Shown: piece after piece, positions 33,122 to 43,159 of the stretch
How the letters are laid out: each line of letters begins with the position of its first letter
How positions within the stretch are numbered: position 1 is the stretch's first letter
Assembly (NCBI GenBank): GCA_963805945.1
Contig: CAWDVP010000005.1
Coordinates: 19,012-83,011 of the forward strand
DNA from: Vulcanimicrobiota bacterium
GTDB lineage: Bacteria > Vulcanimicrobiota > Vulcanimicrobiia > Eremiobacterales > Eremiobacteraceae
Length of the DNA stretch: 64,000 nt
Direction of reading: 5' to 3'
The notes under the pieces: generated by a model
What the model saw: only the letters and a program-made list of their open reading frames with translations
Told to the model about the DNA's origin: nothing
Databases searched by the model: none
Made by a program: the position numbers and the translations under genes

Positions 33122-34114
33122 TCATGTCTCCTCGTGCACTCGCGCCAAAGCGAGCAGCTCCGACTCGCGCGCCCGGGAGATCCCGGCCCGCAATTCGCGC
33201 TCGAGCCCGCAGCGCTTTGTCCATTCGAGCGTCGCCTGCACCGTCTCGTCGAGCGGCCTATACGTGAGACCGGCAGCGACCGCCTTCGCCGAACTCGCGC
33301 GGACGACGGTGTCCTCGCCTTCGGGTATCCATAACGGCATCTCCGACCACGGCACCACGCCGTTGGCGAGCAGGAACGCCTCGCTCACCCACACCGCCGT
33401 GCCGCTGCCGCTCGCCCGCATGCACGCATCCATGACATCGCCCATCGTCGTCACGCCATACGTCCCGCTCGCGTTGAACGCGCCGGAGCGCCGCGCCTCG
33501 ACGGCGACGACGATCCATCGCGCAAGATCGCGCACGTCGATGAACGAGACGAAGGCACCGGCCTTGCCCGGCGCAAGCACGTCTCCCCCGAGCGCGAAGC
33601 GATTGACCCAATAGGTGAAACGATCGGTTGGATCGAGCGGCCCGACGATCAACCCCGGCCGCACGATGAGCGCGCGATCGGCAAACCCGCGCGTGACCTC
33701 GCTTTCGCACAGCGCTTTGAGCCCGCCGTAGACCTCCGGCGTCACCGCTTCTACCGCCGGGTCCGCGAGCACCGCGAGCGGTTCGGCTTCGTCAAACGCG
33801 CCGCCCATAGGGTCCGCGTACGCGCTGATACTCGACACGAACGCGTAATGGTCGACCACACCGCGCAGCGCCTCGACCGACAAGCGCACCACCCGCGGCA
33901 GATACCCGCTCGTGTCGATGACCGCATCCCAACGCCCGTACGAGAGCTTCGAGAGCTCGCCATCACGATCGCCGTGGACGACCTCGACGCCATACGGCGC
34001 GGTCCATGGCGCCCGCCCTCGATTGAAGACGGTGACGCGATGGCTGCGCGCCAGCGCGGCGTCGATGAGATGCGGCCCGAGGAACTTCGAACCGCCGAGG
34101 ATCAAGATGCGCAT
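33122..34114 (-). CDS. NAD-dependent epimerase/dehydratase (extended SDR)
   Basis: ILGGSKFLG, FNRG, YGGLK and RPGLIVGP.D..DRF.YW. Confidence 0.88.
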   Translation of the reverse strand: MRILILGGSKFLGPHLIDAALARSHRVTVFNRGRAPWTAPYGVEVVHGDRDGELSKLSYGRWDAVIDTSGYLPRVVRLSVEALRGVVDHYAFVSSISAYADPMGGAFDEAEPLAVLADPAVEAVTPEVYGGLKALCESEVTRGFADRALIVRPGLIVGPLDPTDRFTYWVNRFALGGDVLAPGKAGAFVSFIDVRDLARWIVVAVEARRSGAFNASGTYGVTTMGDVMDACMRASGSGTAVWVSEAFLLANGVVPWSEMPLWIPEGEDTVVRASSAKAVAAGLTYRPLDETVQATLEWTKRCGLERELRAGISRARESELLALARVHEET

Positions 34115-34127
34115 GCCCTTTACGCCG

Positions 34128-34979
34128 TCAATCGAACGCCGCGAAGCCGCGCACGTAATCCATCATGAGGATGCGAAACGCCCACGCGTTGGAGCCGAGC
34201 CGTCCGGGCGCCGACAGACCCGCGAACACGTCGTCGTTCGGCCGGGTGGTGAACGTCACGCTTCCGAGCGCGGGCCGGCCCACATACACCTCGGGGACGT
34301 CGATCGCATCGACGCCGAACGACACGTTGCGCACGCTCCACGCCGGGTGCGCGGAACGCCACAGCGCCATCTGCGCACCGGTGACATGACTCGTCGCCAC
34401 CACGTTGCCGCTGTGGCCGACTGCCGCTGCGGCCGTGTCGAGCGGCATGCGCAGCAGATCGTTCTCGACGATCACCGGCAGCATGGGATACGGCCCCAGC
34501 TTGGTGCTCATCGGCGCCGGATTCACCGCATCTGAGGTGATGGCGCGCCCATCGACATGCCAGGTGACGTGCTCGAAGCGATAGTCGATCGTCCACACCC
34601 GCCCGCCGAACCACGAGGCGCCCAGCGAGAGATCGACGTGCGCCATCAGCGGGTCATTAGGTGCGGTCACGACCACCGCGAGCGTGCCGTCTCCCCCGAG
34701 CGGCGGCAGCTCTTCGCGCAGCTGTGGCAGTATCGCACGGCCGTCGGTGACGGTGAGGCGCGCGCGGTCCGCGAACGCCTTGGTGATGAAGCCCGGTCCG
34801 GCCGTCGCGAGCTGCGCTGAGACCCTGGTTCCGTCGAGCATCGTCAGATCGAGAAACGGCCGGCCGCCGTGGAAACTCGCAGGCAGCTCGACGTCGGGCG
34901 GCGGCGGAGTCGCCGCTCGCGAGAGCGCCGGCGCAAGCGCGCTGCCGGCGAGCGCGGCGATGAATAGGCCTCTACGCAT
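34128..34979 (-). CDS. Tat-signal protein, degenerate two-lobed aspartyl-protease-like
   Basis: MRRGLF twin-arginine-like signal; QLATAG and PLDTAA at DTG-like positions; LGASWF..RVWTIDY and LGSNAW..ILMMDY repeats. Confidence 0.5.
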   Translation of the reverse strand: MRRGLFIAALAGSALAPALSRAATPPPPDVELPASFHGGRPFLDLTMLDGTRVSAQLATAGPGFITKAFADRARLTVTDGRAILPQLREELPPLGGDGTLAVVVTAPNDPLMAHVDLSLGASWFGGRVWTIDYRFEHVTWHVDGRAITSDAVNPAPMSTKLGPYPMLPVIVENDLLRMPLDTAAAAVGHSGNVVATSHVTGAQMALWRSAHPAWSVRNVSFGVDAIDVPEVYVGRPALGSVTFTTRPNDDVFAGLSAPGRLGSNAWAFRILMMDYVRGFAAFD

Positions 34980-34984
34980 TTCTG

Positions 34985-35698
34985 TTACGCTACCTTCACC
35001 CGGAAGATCCGCCCGACGAGATACGTGATGCCCGCCGCAAGCGCCACGATCGCCACTTGCCGGATCGCCGAGAACCACACCCCGCGCCCGGTCTGCTTGC
35101 CGAGATATGCGCCGATGGCAAAGGCGCCTATCGCCGCCAGCACGATGGATGCGATGGATGCTTGATCGCCCGTCCAAATGTACCACGGCACCAGCGGCAC
35201 CATGGCGCCCACCGCGAACATCACCAAAGACGAGAACGCCGCCGCGACGGGCGAGCCGAGCCCTTCTTTGGTGAAGCCGTGCACCTCTTGGACGTACTCC
35301 TCGACGCAGCGCGCCGGGTCGCTCGCGACTTTCTCCGCTGTTCCGCGGGCCGCGGCAGCATCGAAACCCTCGCGCTCGTACACCGCGACGAGCCGCGCGA
35401 TGACGCTTTGCGGGTCCCGGTCCATCTCGGCACGCGCATCGGCGAGCACCTTTTCGAGCAGCTCGCGCTGCGCTTGCATCGAGATGTACTCGCCGACCGC
35501 CATCGAGCACGCGCCCGCCACGAGACTCGCGAGACCGGCGAGCCGCACGAAGCTCGCGTCGGCGTTCGCGCCCGCGACGCCCAGGATCATCGAGACATTG
35601 GTCACCAGCCCATCGCTCACGCCGAGCACCGCGGCGCGCGCGGTGCCGCTCTGCGCCTCGCCGACGCGTTTCTTCGTGCCTTGGTCGTCTGTCGTCAT
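34985..35698 (-). CDS. VIT1/CCC1 family Fe/Mn transporter
   Basis: RAAVLGVSDGLV, AGACSMAVGEYIS and SP..AA.SS..F.VGA.VP..P. Confidence 0.9.
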   Translation of the reverse strand: MTTDDQGTKKRVGEAQSGTARAAVLGVSDGLVTNVSMILGVAGANADASFVRLAGLASLVAGACSMAVGEYISMQAQRELLEKVLADARAEMDRDPQSVIARLVAVYEREGFDAAAARGTAEKVASDPARCVEEYVQEVHGFTKEGLGSPVAAAFSSLVMFAVGAMVPLVPWYIWTGDQASIASIVLAAIGAFAIGAYLGKQTGRGVWFSAIRQVAIVALAAGITYLVGRIFRVKVA

Positions 35699-35815
35699 GT
35701 GGTCAGCCCGCGTTCGGCCTGACGAGGTGACGCGTCCTGCCGCCGCTTCGAACGGGCGACACGGGAAAGGAGAGCGTCTTGACAAAATGAGGGCGCGGAG
35801 AGAGGACGGACCTGT

Positions 35816-36880
35816 GTGAGGATTGTTCTGATCTTCGGCCTCGTCATGGCGTCGCTCACGCTCACAACCGATCGCGTCGACGCGAAGATCAAGAGCGCGA
35901 CGGTCTTCGGATTCCCATTGAACTATTCGGGTCAATGCCCGGTGACCATAACGTTCGCCGCCACGATCACCGGTGATCCGGGCGATGTCCTCGGGTACCA
36001 GTTCGTCGGCGACGGTGCTCCAGCGACGAAAGCGTTGTATGGATTTCTCGAAACATCGGGCGTCCTTACGGTCACGAGCGAGCTGCACGTCGATGCCGGG
36101 CATGCGGGCTCGTTCTTCCGGCAGATAAAGGTCACGCGCTACGTGCAGACCGTCGGAGGCACTCAGGCAGCACAAGAGACGTTTGATTCGGACAAAGAGC
36201 CGTATAGCGTCACCTGCATCGCCGCATCGGGAGCGTCTCCGGGCGTCGGCAGCAGTCCGAGTCCTATACCCACCGCACCGGTCTACTCGGGAGCGTCTCC
36301 AGGTGTCGGCAGCACACCCGGCCCGACACCCACCGCACTAGTCTACTTCACCCTCGATGGCGTGACAGTCGGCTATGCTCCTGCGCCGACCCTTGCGAGA
36401 CTAGGCCTGCATCCCCCTGGCTGGGCCCGCGGCGCGCCGACGGGCTCGTTGCCCGCTGGCGAGGTCCGTCAATTTGAAGTCGACAGCGATAACGCGACGA
36501 TGATGTTGTTCTTCGATACGGTCATCGAGGTCGTCATGGTCCAGGCGGTCGCCAACAAAACTTCATCGATCACCGACCCGTATGGCATAAAGTTGAACGA
36601 TCCGCTCGACCGTTTGATCGGTGTTCGCGGTAAGGCTGACAAAGTCGAAGACAAGAGCATTCAGCGCGGTCCAGGGAACAGCGATACGATAGATCATCTG
36701 ACCGTCTGGCGCGGACTCACCGGTCCCGTCGAGTCGGATTCCACCTACATCTACGGTCCAGACGATGGCGTTCGCTGGGAATATGCCATCAAAGGCGATC
36801 AGGTGAATTCGATACGCATCGTCGATTGCCGGTTTCGAGGTATGTGTGCCAGTTCCAAGAGTGCGACGACTAGTCCGTAG
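35816..36880 (+). CDS. Secreted modular protein (Y-x-G-x-CP module, 20-aa duplicated linker, DP[YW]G repeat module)
   Basis: Signal peptide; NYSGQCPVTITF; SGASPGVGS repeat; ITDPYGIKLND. Confidence 0.65.
   Translation: MRIVLIFGLVMASLTLTTDRVDAKIKSATVFGFPLNYSGQCPVTITFAATITGDPGDVLGYQFVGDGAPATKALYGFLETSGVLTVTSELHVDAGHAGSFFRQIKVTRYVQTVGGTQAAQETFDSDKEPYSVTCIAASGASPGVGSSPSPIPTAPVYSGASPGVGSTPGPTPTALVYFTLDGVTVGYAPAPTLARLGLHPPGWARGAPTGSLPAGEVRQFEVDSDNATMMLFFDTVIEVVMVQAVANKTSSITDPYGIKLNDPLDRLIGVRGKADKVEDKSIQRGPGNSDTIDHLTVWRGLTGPVESDSTYIYGPDDGVRWEYAIKGDQVNSIRIVDCRFRGMCASSKSATTSP
36227..36346 (+). repeat. 60-bp tandem duplication (2 copies)
   Basis: tcgggagcgtctcc.gg.gtcggcagca...cccaccgcac..gtctac occurs twice. 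Confidence 0.85.
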
Positions 36881-36894
36881 TTAGTGTTGAGCGC

Positions 36895-37878
36895 GTGAAG
36901 TACTTCGTCACCGGCGCGACCGGGTTCATCGGCGGTTCGGTCGCCCGCCAGCTCGTGAAGGCCGGCCATTCGGTTGTCGCCATCGCGCGCACGCCGTCAA
37001 AGGCGCAGGATCTGGTCAAGCTCGGGGTGGTCGTGCATGAAGGCGACGTCACCGACAAGGGGAGCTTGCGGACACCGATGACCGGTGTCGACGGCGTCTT
37101 TCACATCGCCGGCTGGTATAAGATCGGCGTCCGCGACAAGACGCCGGGCCAGACGATCAACGTCGACGGCACTCGCAACGTCCTCGAGATGATGAAAGAG
37201 CTTGCCATCCCCAAAGGCGTGTACACGAGCACGCTCGCCGTGAATTCCGACACGCACGGCGTCGAAGTCGACGAGAGCTATCAGCACGGCGCACCCTTCC
37301 TCACCGAGTACGACCGCACCAAGTGGGTCGCGCACCACGAGGTGGCCGAACCGATGATGCGCGACGGACTGCCGCTGGTGATCGCCATGCCGGGCGTCGT
37401 CTACGGCCCCGGCGACACGAGCTCCATAGGCGACGTGTTGAAGCAGTATCTGCGACGACAGCTCCCTCTGACGCCGCGCGGCACCGCCTTCAGTTGGGGC
37501 TTTGTGGACGACATCGCCGGCGCGCACATCCTCGCGATGGATAAGGGCCGCACCGGTGAGTCCTACATCATCGCCGGCCCGACCCACACGCTCATCGACG
37601 CGCTCGCCATCGCCGAGAAGATCACCGGCATCAAGGCGCCGACGCTGCACCTTGGCCCCGGCACCATGCGGCTCATGGCGAGCATGATGGGGGCGATCGG
37701 CGCGGTCGTGCCGCTGCCCGATTCGTACACCGCTGAGTCCTTGCGAGCGGGCGCTGGGGTCACCTACATCGGCGACAACTCCAAAGCCAAGCGGGAACTG
37801 GGGTATGCGCCGCGCTCGCTTGAGACCGGCCTTCGCGAAACCCTCCAACACGAGATGCGCGCGCTTGGCATCGCTTGA
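36895..37878 (+). CDS. NAD-dependent epimerase/dehydratase (dihydroflavonol-reductase-like)
   Basis: VTGATGFIG, GDVTD, NVDGTRNV, YDRTK and PGVVYGPGD. Confidence 0.9.
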   Translation: MKYFVTGATGFIGGSVARQLVKAGHSVVAIARTPSKAQDLVKLGVVVHEGDVTDKGSLRTPMTGVDGVFHIAGWYKIGVRDKTPGQTINVDGTRNVLEMMKELAIPKGVYTSTLAVNSDTHGVEVDESYQHGAPFLTEYDRTKWVAHHEVAEPMMRDGLPLVIAMPGVVYGPGDTSSIGDVLKQYLRRQLPLTPRGTAFSWGFVDDIAGAHILAMDKGRTGESYIIAGPTHTLIDALAIAEKITGIKAPTLHLGPGTMRLMASMMGAIGAVVPLPDSYTAESLRAGAGVTYIGDNSKAKRELGYAPRSLETGLRETLQHEMRALGIA

Positions 37879-38578
37879 GCTCATCCGCACCCGTATCGTC
37901 GCCTGCCGACGCTGCCCAGAACTGCGGCGCTACTGCGCTGAGATCGCGCGCGTCCGCAAGCGCGAATTTGCCCACGAGACCTATTGGGGCAAACCGGTCC
38001 CGAGCATCGGGCGTTCGGACGCGCAGCTGCTCATCGTCGGCCTCGCGCCCGCGGCGCATGGCGGCAACCGCACCGGCCGCATGTTCACCGGCGACGGGTC
38101 GGCTGCGTGGCTCGCGCCCGCGTTGCACGCCACCGGCTTCGCGACCCAAGCGACCTCGACGCATCGCGGCGACGGCTTCGAACTGCTCGACGCGTTCATG
38201 ACCGCGGCGATCCGCTGCGCGCCTCCCAAGAACGAGCCGACGCCGCGCCAGATCGCCAACTGCGCGGGCCACATGCGCGCGGAACTCGATCTGCTGACGC
38301 GCCTGCGCGTCGTCGTGGGTCTCGGCAAGATCGGCTTCGACATCGCCTACGACCGCTTGCGCGAGCGCGGCTTTATCACGCCGGACGGGCGTCGGCCGCG
38401 CTTCGCGCATCTCGCCGAATACCGGCTCACGCATCCCGACGGGCGCGCGCTCACCTTGCTGGGCAGCTACCACCCCAGCCGCCAGAACACGAACACCGGC
38501 AAACTCACGATGGCGATGCTCAAGAAGATCTTCGTCCGGGTGAGGACGTTGCTGCGAACCGATGCGCGACGCGCTTAG
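37865..38578 (+). CDS. udgB: Uracil-DNA glycosylase family 5 (UdgB-like, Fe-S)
   Basis: CRRCP.L, YWGKPVP, GLAPAAHGGNRTGRMFTGD, RCAPP.N.P and YHPS.QNT.TG.L. Confidence 0.88.
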   Translation: MASLELIRTRIVACRRCPELRRYCAEIARVRKREFAHETYWGKPVPSIGRSDAQLLIVGLAPAAHGGNRTGRMFTGDGSAAWLAPALHATGFATQATSTHRGDGFELLDAFMTAAIRCAPPKNEPTPRQIANCAGHMRAELDLLTRLRVVVGLGKIGFDIAYDRLRERGFITPDGRRPRFAHLAEYRLTHPDGRALTLLGSYHPSRQNTNTGKLTMAMLKKIFVRVRTLLRTDARRA

Positions 38579-39048
38579 AGCGACCCGCCCACCCAGAGAT
38601 TCGAGGGCATGCTCGGGTTCGGCTGAGCCGCCGGGTCACCCGAATGGTATGGATTGTAGAGCTTACCGGCTGTGTCTTTGAAGATGATCACACACGCGTA
38701 GTTCTGGGCTTGCGTCGCGAGCCTGCCGGATTCGAGGTACACCGGCACCGATTCTGTGCCGGAAAACGCGCCGCCGCTGAGCCCTTGATCGACAGCCTCG
38801 CCTTGACCGACGAGGTCATCTCCGCCGTTCTTACCGGTCACGTCGCAAACGGCGCCGACGGCGACGAATTGCGACGTCATGTGATTGACGCTGATCGGCA
38901 CGTTGAGGGTCCACTGCGGCGGGCCTAGATGTATCGATGTCATCGGCGGGATTTGCAGCGCCCCACCGGCAGCGAACGCTATGGTGGGGATCAGGGCCAA
39001 ACATGCGAGAATCGCGGGTGCGAGCCGGACGGTCGGCAACGGTGTCAT
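38575..39048 (-). CDS. Secreted hypothetical beta-rich protein
   Basis: AGGAG RBS, signal peptide ending AFA, two Cys in the mature part. Confidence 0.6.
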   Translation of the reverse strand: MTPLPTVRLAPAILACLALIPTIAFAAGGALQIPPMTSIHLGPPQWTLNVPISVNHMTSQFVAVGAVCDVTGKNGGDDLVGQGEAVDQGLSGGAFSGTESVPVYLESGRLATQAQNYACVIIFKDTAGKLYNPYHSGDPAAQPNPSMPSNLWVGGSL

Positions 39049-39062
39049 ATGGTTCTCCTGGG

Positions 39063-39326
39063 CTAATGCGAGGCCAAGCCTGACATGTAGAGCTTGGCGG
39101 TATTGATGGTCTTCGGATCCATCGCTAAGCCTGCCATGAAAAGCTTGCTCGTCGTGATCGTCTTGGGATCCATAGCCAAGCCCGACATGTAGAGCTTCTG
39201 GGTGGTGATGGTCGTCGGCCGCGAGACGCCTGACGGCATGCTCGCGCCAAGCAACACGCAGGCCGCCAGCGCGACCAATGGTGCCGCAAATCGTCGCGAT
39301 CTCTCAGTCACGGAAGTCCTCCTCAC
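39063..39326 (-). CDS. Small secreted protein with three 17-aa tandem repeats
   Basis: Signal-like N-terminus; TITTQKLYMSGLAMDPK / TITTSKLFMAGLAMDPK / TINTAKLYMSGLASH with a 51-bp period and synonymous divergence. Confidence 0.65.
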   Translation of the reverse strand: MRRTSVTERSRRFAAPLVALAACVLLGASMPSGVSRPTTITTQKLYMSGLAMDPKTITTSKLFMAGLAMDPKTINTAKLYMSGLASH

Positions 39327-39485
39327 GTGACATCGGGCAGAAGCACGCTTGCCTTACGAACGCAGGCCAGCGAGACAAAGTTCCATAACGCGCGACGTGT
39401 CCCCCGTGGCGAAAGCACCACGCGGCTAGCCTGACCTTCGCAATTCGATGTCCGGGACTTCACAAATGCGCCGTATAATGGGCCT

Positions 39486-41373
39486 GTGACGTCTGCCATG
39501 GCGCTGCCGCGCGCCCTGAACTACCTCCGCCGGTCGCCCGAGATCACCATCGCCGGCGTCGCGTTGGCCGGCATCCTCATCAGCCTCGTCATGCAGTACG
39601 CGCTGCGTTTGCCGCAGTCGTCATACGTCATTCCGCTGCTCGTCGTGCTCGTCGTGGGCGGCGTGCCGCTGCTGCTGCAGCTCGGTCGCAAGCTTCTCGC
39701 GCGCGACTTCGGCTCCGATCTGCTCGCCGGCATCTCCATCGCCACGGCCGCGCTGCTCGGCGAGTTCATCGTCGCCTGCATCGTCATCCTCATGCTTTCG
39801 GGCGGCGAGGCGCTCGAACAGTACGCCACGCGCCGCGCATCGTCGATCCTCGAGGCGCTCTCCCGCCGCATGCCTAACGTCGCGCACCGCAAAGAAGCGA
39901 CGGGCATCGTCGACATCCAGCTCAGCGCGATCGCGGTCGGCGAGTCGCTCATCGTCTTCCCGCACGAGCTGTGCCCGGTCGACGGCGTGGTGACCGAGGG
40001 CCACGGCTGGATGGACGAATCCTATCTCACCGGCGAGCCGTATCGGATCTCGAAGGCGCCCGGCTCGCAAGTGCTCTCGGGCGCGATCAATGGCGATGCC
40101 GCGGTGACCATCGAAGCATCCGAAACTGCCGATCGATTCGCGTTACGCCCGCATCATGCGCGTCATGCGCGAGGCCGAGGCGAAGCGGCCGCGCTTGCGC
40201 CGGCTCGGCGATCAGCTCGGTGCGTGGTACACGCCGATCGCGCTCGCGGTGGCGGCGGCTCGGCTGGGTCATCACCGGGAGCGCGCACCGTTTCTTGGCG
40301 GTCGTGGTGATCGCGACGCCGTGTCCCTTGCTGCTCGCGATCCCGGTCGCCATCATCGGCGCCATCTCGCTCGCGGCGCGCCGCGGCCATCATCGTCAAG
40401 AATCCCGCTATGCTCGAGACCATCGATTCATGCCGAACGGTCATCTTGGACAAGACCGGCACACTGACGTACGGCCAGCCCTCGTTGACCGAGATCGTCT
40501 GCGCGCCGGGCTTCGACCGCGAGCAGGTCCTCACGCTCGCGGCGAGCCTCGAACAGTACTCCAAACATCCGCTCGCCGGCGCCGTCGTCGGCGCGGCGAC
40601 CGCCGAGCAACTCCAGCTCGCGCAGGTGTCACAACTGAGACGAAGGCCCCGGCAAAGGGCTGCGCGGCCTCGTCGACGGCAAGACCGTCGAGGTCGTCGG
40701 CCGCGAGGCGTCGTTGCGCGCCGGGCGCATCACGGAAGCGGCGCTGCCGGAGACGGCGGCGGGCCTCGAGTCGCTCGTCTTCATCGACGGCGTGTACGCC
40801 GCCGCCTTGCGTTTCCGCGACGAGCCGCGCGCCGAAAGCCACACCTTCGTCAGCCACTTGAGCCCGCGCCACGGCATCACCAACGTGATGATCGTGTCCG
40901 GCGATCGCGAATCCGAGGTCCGCTACCTTGCGAGCCGCGCCGGCATCGCCGACGTGCACGACAGCAAGACGCCGGAAGAGAAGGTCGAGATCGTCGTCGA
41001 GCAGACGAAGCTCGCACCGACGCTGTTCATCGGCGACGGCATCAACGATGCGCCCGCGATGCGCGCCGCGAGCGTCGGCGTCGCGTTCGGCCAGGGCTCC
41101 GACATCACGGCAGAGGCCGCCGACGCCGTCATCCTCGAGCCCTCGCTTAAGAAAGTGGATGAGCTCATCCACATCGGCCGGCGCATGCGCTCCATCGCGC
41201 TGCAGAGCGCGGTGGGCGGCATGGCGCTCAGCGGGATCGGCATGGGTTTCGCCGTCGTAGGCCTTCTGCCGCCGCTCGCCGGCGCGATCGCACAAGAGGT
41301 GATCGACGTCGCCGCCGTGTTGAACGCACTGCGCGTCGCCTTCCCGCTCGGCACGCTCACCGATTTCGACTAA
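39486..41373 (+). CDS. Heavy-metal P1B-type ATPase, P1B-5 signature (about four frameshifts near 40125, 40260, 40385, 40635)
   Basis: [40 protein letters not shown] and QEVID, spread over successive frames. Confidence 0.88.
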
Positions 41374-42338
41374 GGTCCGCCCTCGCGCGCGTACGCCTCG
41401 AGCGCGCGCGCGATCATCTCGATGCGGCGCCCCATCGCGGCCTTCGTCCAGCCGCTGGCGTGCGGCGTCATGATGACGTTGTCGAGTTCGCCGAACGGCG
41501 ACGACGACGGCATCGCACGTTCACCCACAGCCGTGGGGTACTGGTACCAGACGTCGAGCACAGCGCCCTCGATGCGCCGCTCGCGCAGCGCTTCGTAGAG
41601 ATCCCGCTCGACGACGATCGGCCCGCGCGCGATGTTGATGAGCACCGCGGTGGGCTTCATCAGACGTAAACGCCGCGCATCGATCAAATTTTGGGTGACG
41701 TCGGAGAGCTCGCAGCACACCACGACCGCATCCGACCATGCGAGGAGCGCGTCCACCGCCGCGGGATCTTTCAGCGCGCCGACCTCGCACGGCGCACCGG
41801 GGATCGGCACCGCGCGCTCCGGATGGAGCGTGACCGCCCGGCAGGTCATGCCGAACGCGGTCGCTCGCTTCACCGTCTCCTTGCCGATGCGCCCGTAGCC
41901 GATGAGCCCGAGCGTCGAACCGTACACCTCGTCGACGAAATCCTTGCCCCAGAACGTGCGCGTCCACTCGCCCGCGCGCAGCGCGCGATCCGCCTCGAGC
42001 AGATGGCGCCGCATCGCCACGAGCATGGCGATCACGTACTCGGAAATGGGCTGCTCGGTGCCGGCGCCGTTGATGATCGCGACGCCCGGCGGCAGCGCGG
42101 CGCGATCGATGCGCTCCGTCCCCGCGAAAGGACACACGACGAGCTTGAGCGCGAGGCACAGCGGCGTCAGCTCCTTGGTGAAGCGGTCGGTGAGCACGAT
42201 CTCGGCGTCGCGCAGCTGTGCGGCAAGGCGTTGCGTGTCAGACGGCTCGACGTCGACGATCTCGAAAGCGGCGCCGAGCCGCGGCGCCAGCCGCTGCTCC
42301 CACCTGGGCAGCAGCGAGACGATCTTGCGTTTCTTCAT
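41370..42338 (-). CDS. D-isomer-specific 2-hydroxyacid dehydrogenase
   Basis: GLIGYGRIG, LINIARG, LDVW and MTPHASG. Confidence 0.9.
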   Translation of the reverse strand: MKKRKIVSLLPRWEQRLAPRLGAAFEIVDVEPSDTQRLAAQLRDAEIVLTDRFTKELTPLCLALKLVVCPFAGTERIDRAALPPGVAIINGAGTEQPISEYVIAMLVAMRRHLLEADRALRAGEWTRTFWGKDFVDEVYGSTLGLIGYGRIGKETVKRATAFGMTCRAVTLHPERAVPIPGAPCEVGALKDPAAVDALLAWSDAVVVCCELSDVTQNLIDARRLRLMKPTAVLINIARGPIVVERDLYEALRERRIEGAVLDVWYQYPTAVGERAMPSSSPFGELDNVIMTPHASGWTKAAMGRRIEMIARALEAYAREGGP

Positions 42339-43159
42339 CGCCGGCGCATCACCACGACCATCTGCCACGCGGCCTCGCTCATGTTCAGCGGCGTCGCCGG
42401 CGTGAGATCCCCATGCCAGCCCACGATGTCGAAACAGCCGCTCACGGCAGCCGCGTGCCGGAGGCCGCTCGGCATCCATATCCTATAGTCCAGCGCGTCG
42501 ACCAGCCGCACCGGGCGCCTGCCGTCCGTGTACTTCGCGTCGATCGTCACCCGCGCGACGAAGGTCTCCTTGATCGGATCGACATCGGTATGGGCGAAGC
42601 GCGTCGCGATCGTCACGTCGGGATAGCGCTGCGTCCAACGCCCTAAACTGCGCGAGCGGATGCCGGCGAAGAAATCCCCCGGGTGGGTCAGCTCGGCGAT
42701 GAACACGCCGCCGCGGCGCACGGCCGCGCCGGTCGCGCGGAGCGTCTCCACGGCATCGGCGTCCGTGGTGTTATGGCAAAACGAATCGAACAGGCAGTAG
42801 GCCATGTCCACGCGCTGCGGCAGCTCGAAGGTCCGCATATCGGCCCGCAGCAATCGCACGTCGACGCCGTCGCGTTTGCACAAGGCGCGCGCATACGCGA
42901 GCATCTCGCGGTTGGAGTCCACCCCGTATGTCTTCAGGCCCCGCCGTGCCAGCTCGCGCAGGTGATTGGACTGCCCACAGCACAGCTCGACCGCCGACGC
43001 CGGCGTGCGCGCGCCGTAGCGCCGCGCGAGGGCGAGCAGTCCGTCGCATTGCTCTTTGACGTCGCGGAAGCCGAATGCCAGATCGTACAGACGCGGGTGC
43101 TCGAAGAGCAGTTCGCCGGTGCCGGAGCCGCGCGCTGCGCTCTTCTTACGGCCGGACAA
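42335..43159 (-). CDS. Class I SAM-dependent methyltransferase
   Basis: YDLAF, VELCCG, GVD...ML, ADMRTF and GGVFI.E. Confidence 0.8.
   Translation of the reverse strand: MSGRKKSAARGSGTGELLFEHPRLYDLAFGFRDVKEQCDGLLALARRYGARTPASAVELCCGQSNHLRELARRGLKTYGVDSNREMLAYARALCKRDGVDVRLLRADMRTFELPQRVDMAYCLFDSFCHNTTDADAVETLRATGAAVRRGGVFIAELTHPGDFFAGIRSRSLGRWTQRYPDVTIATRFAHTDVDPIKETFVARVTIDAKYTDGRRPVRLVDALDYRIWMPSGLRHAAAVSGCFDIVGWHGDLTPATPLNMSEAAWQMVVVMRRR

Noticed and set aside
36895..37878. hpnA / hopanoid cluster
   Set aside because: Only a generic extended SDR; no other hopanoid genes in the window.
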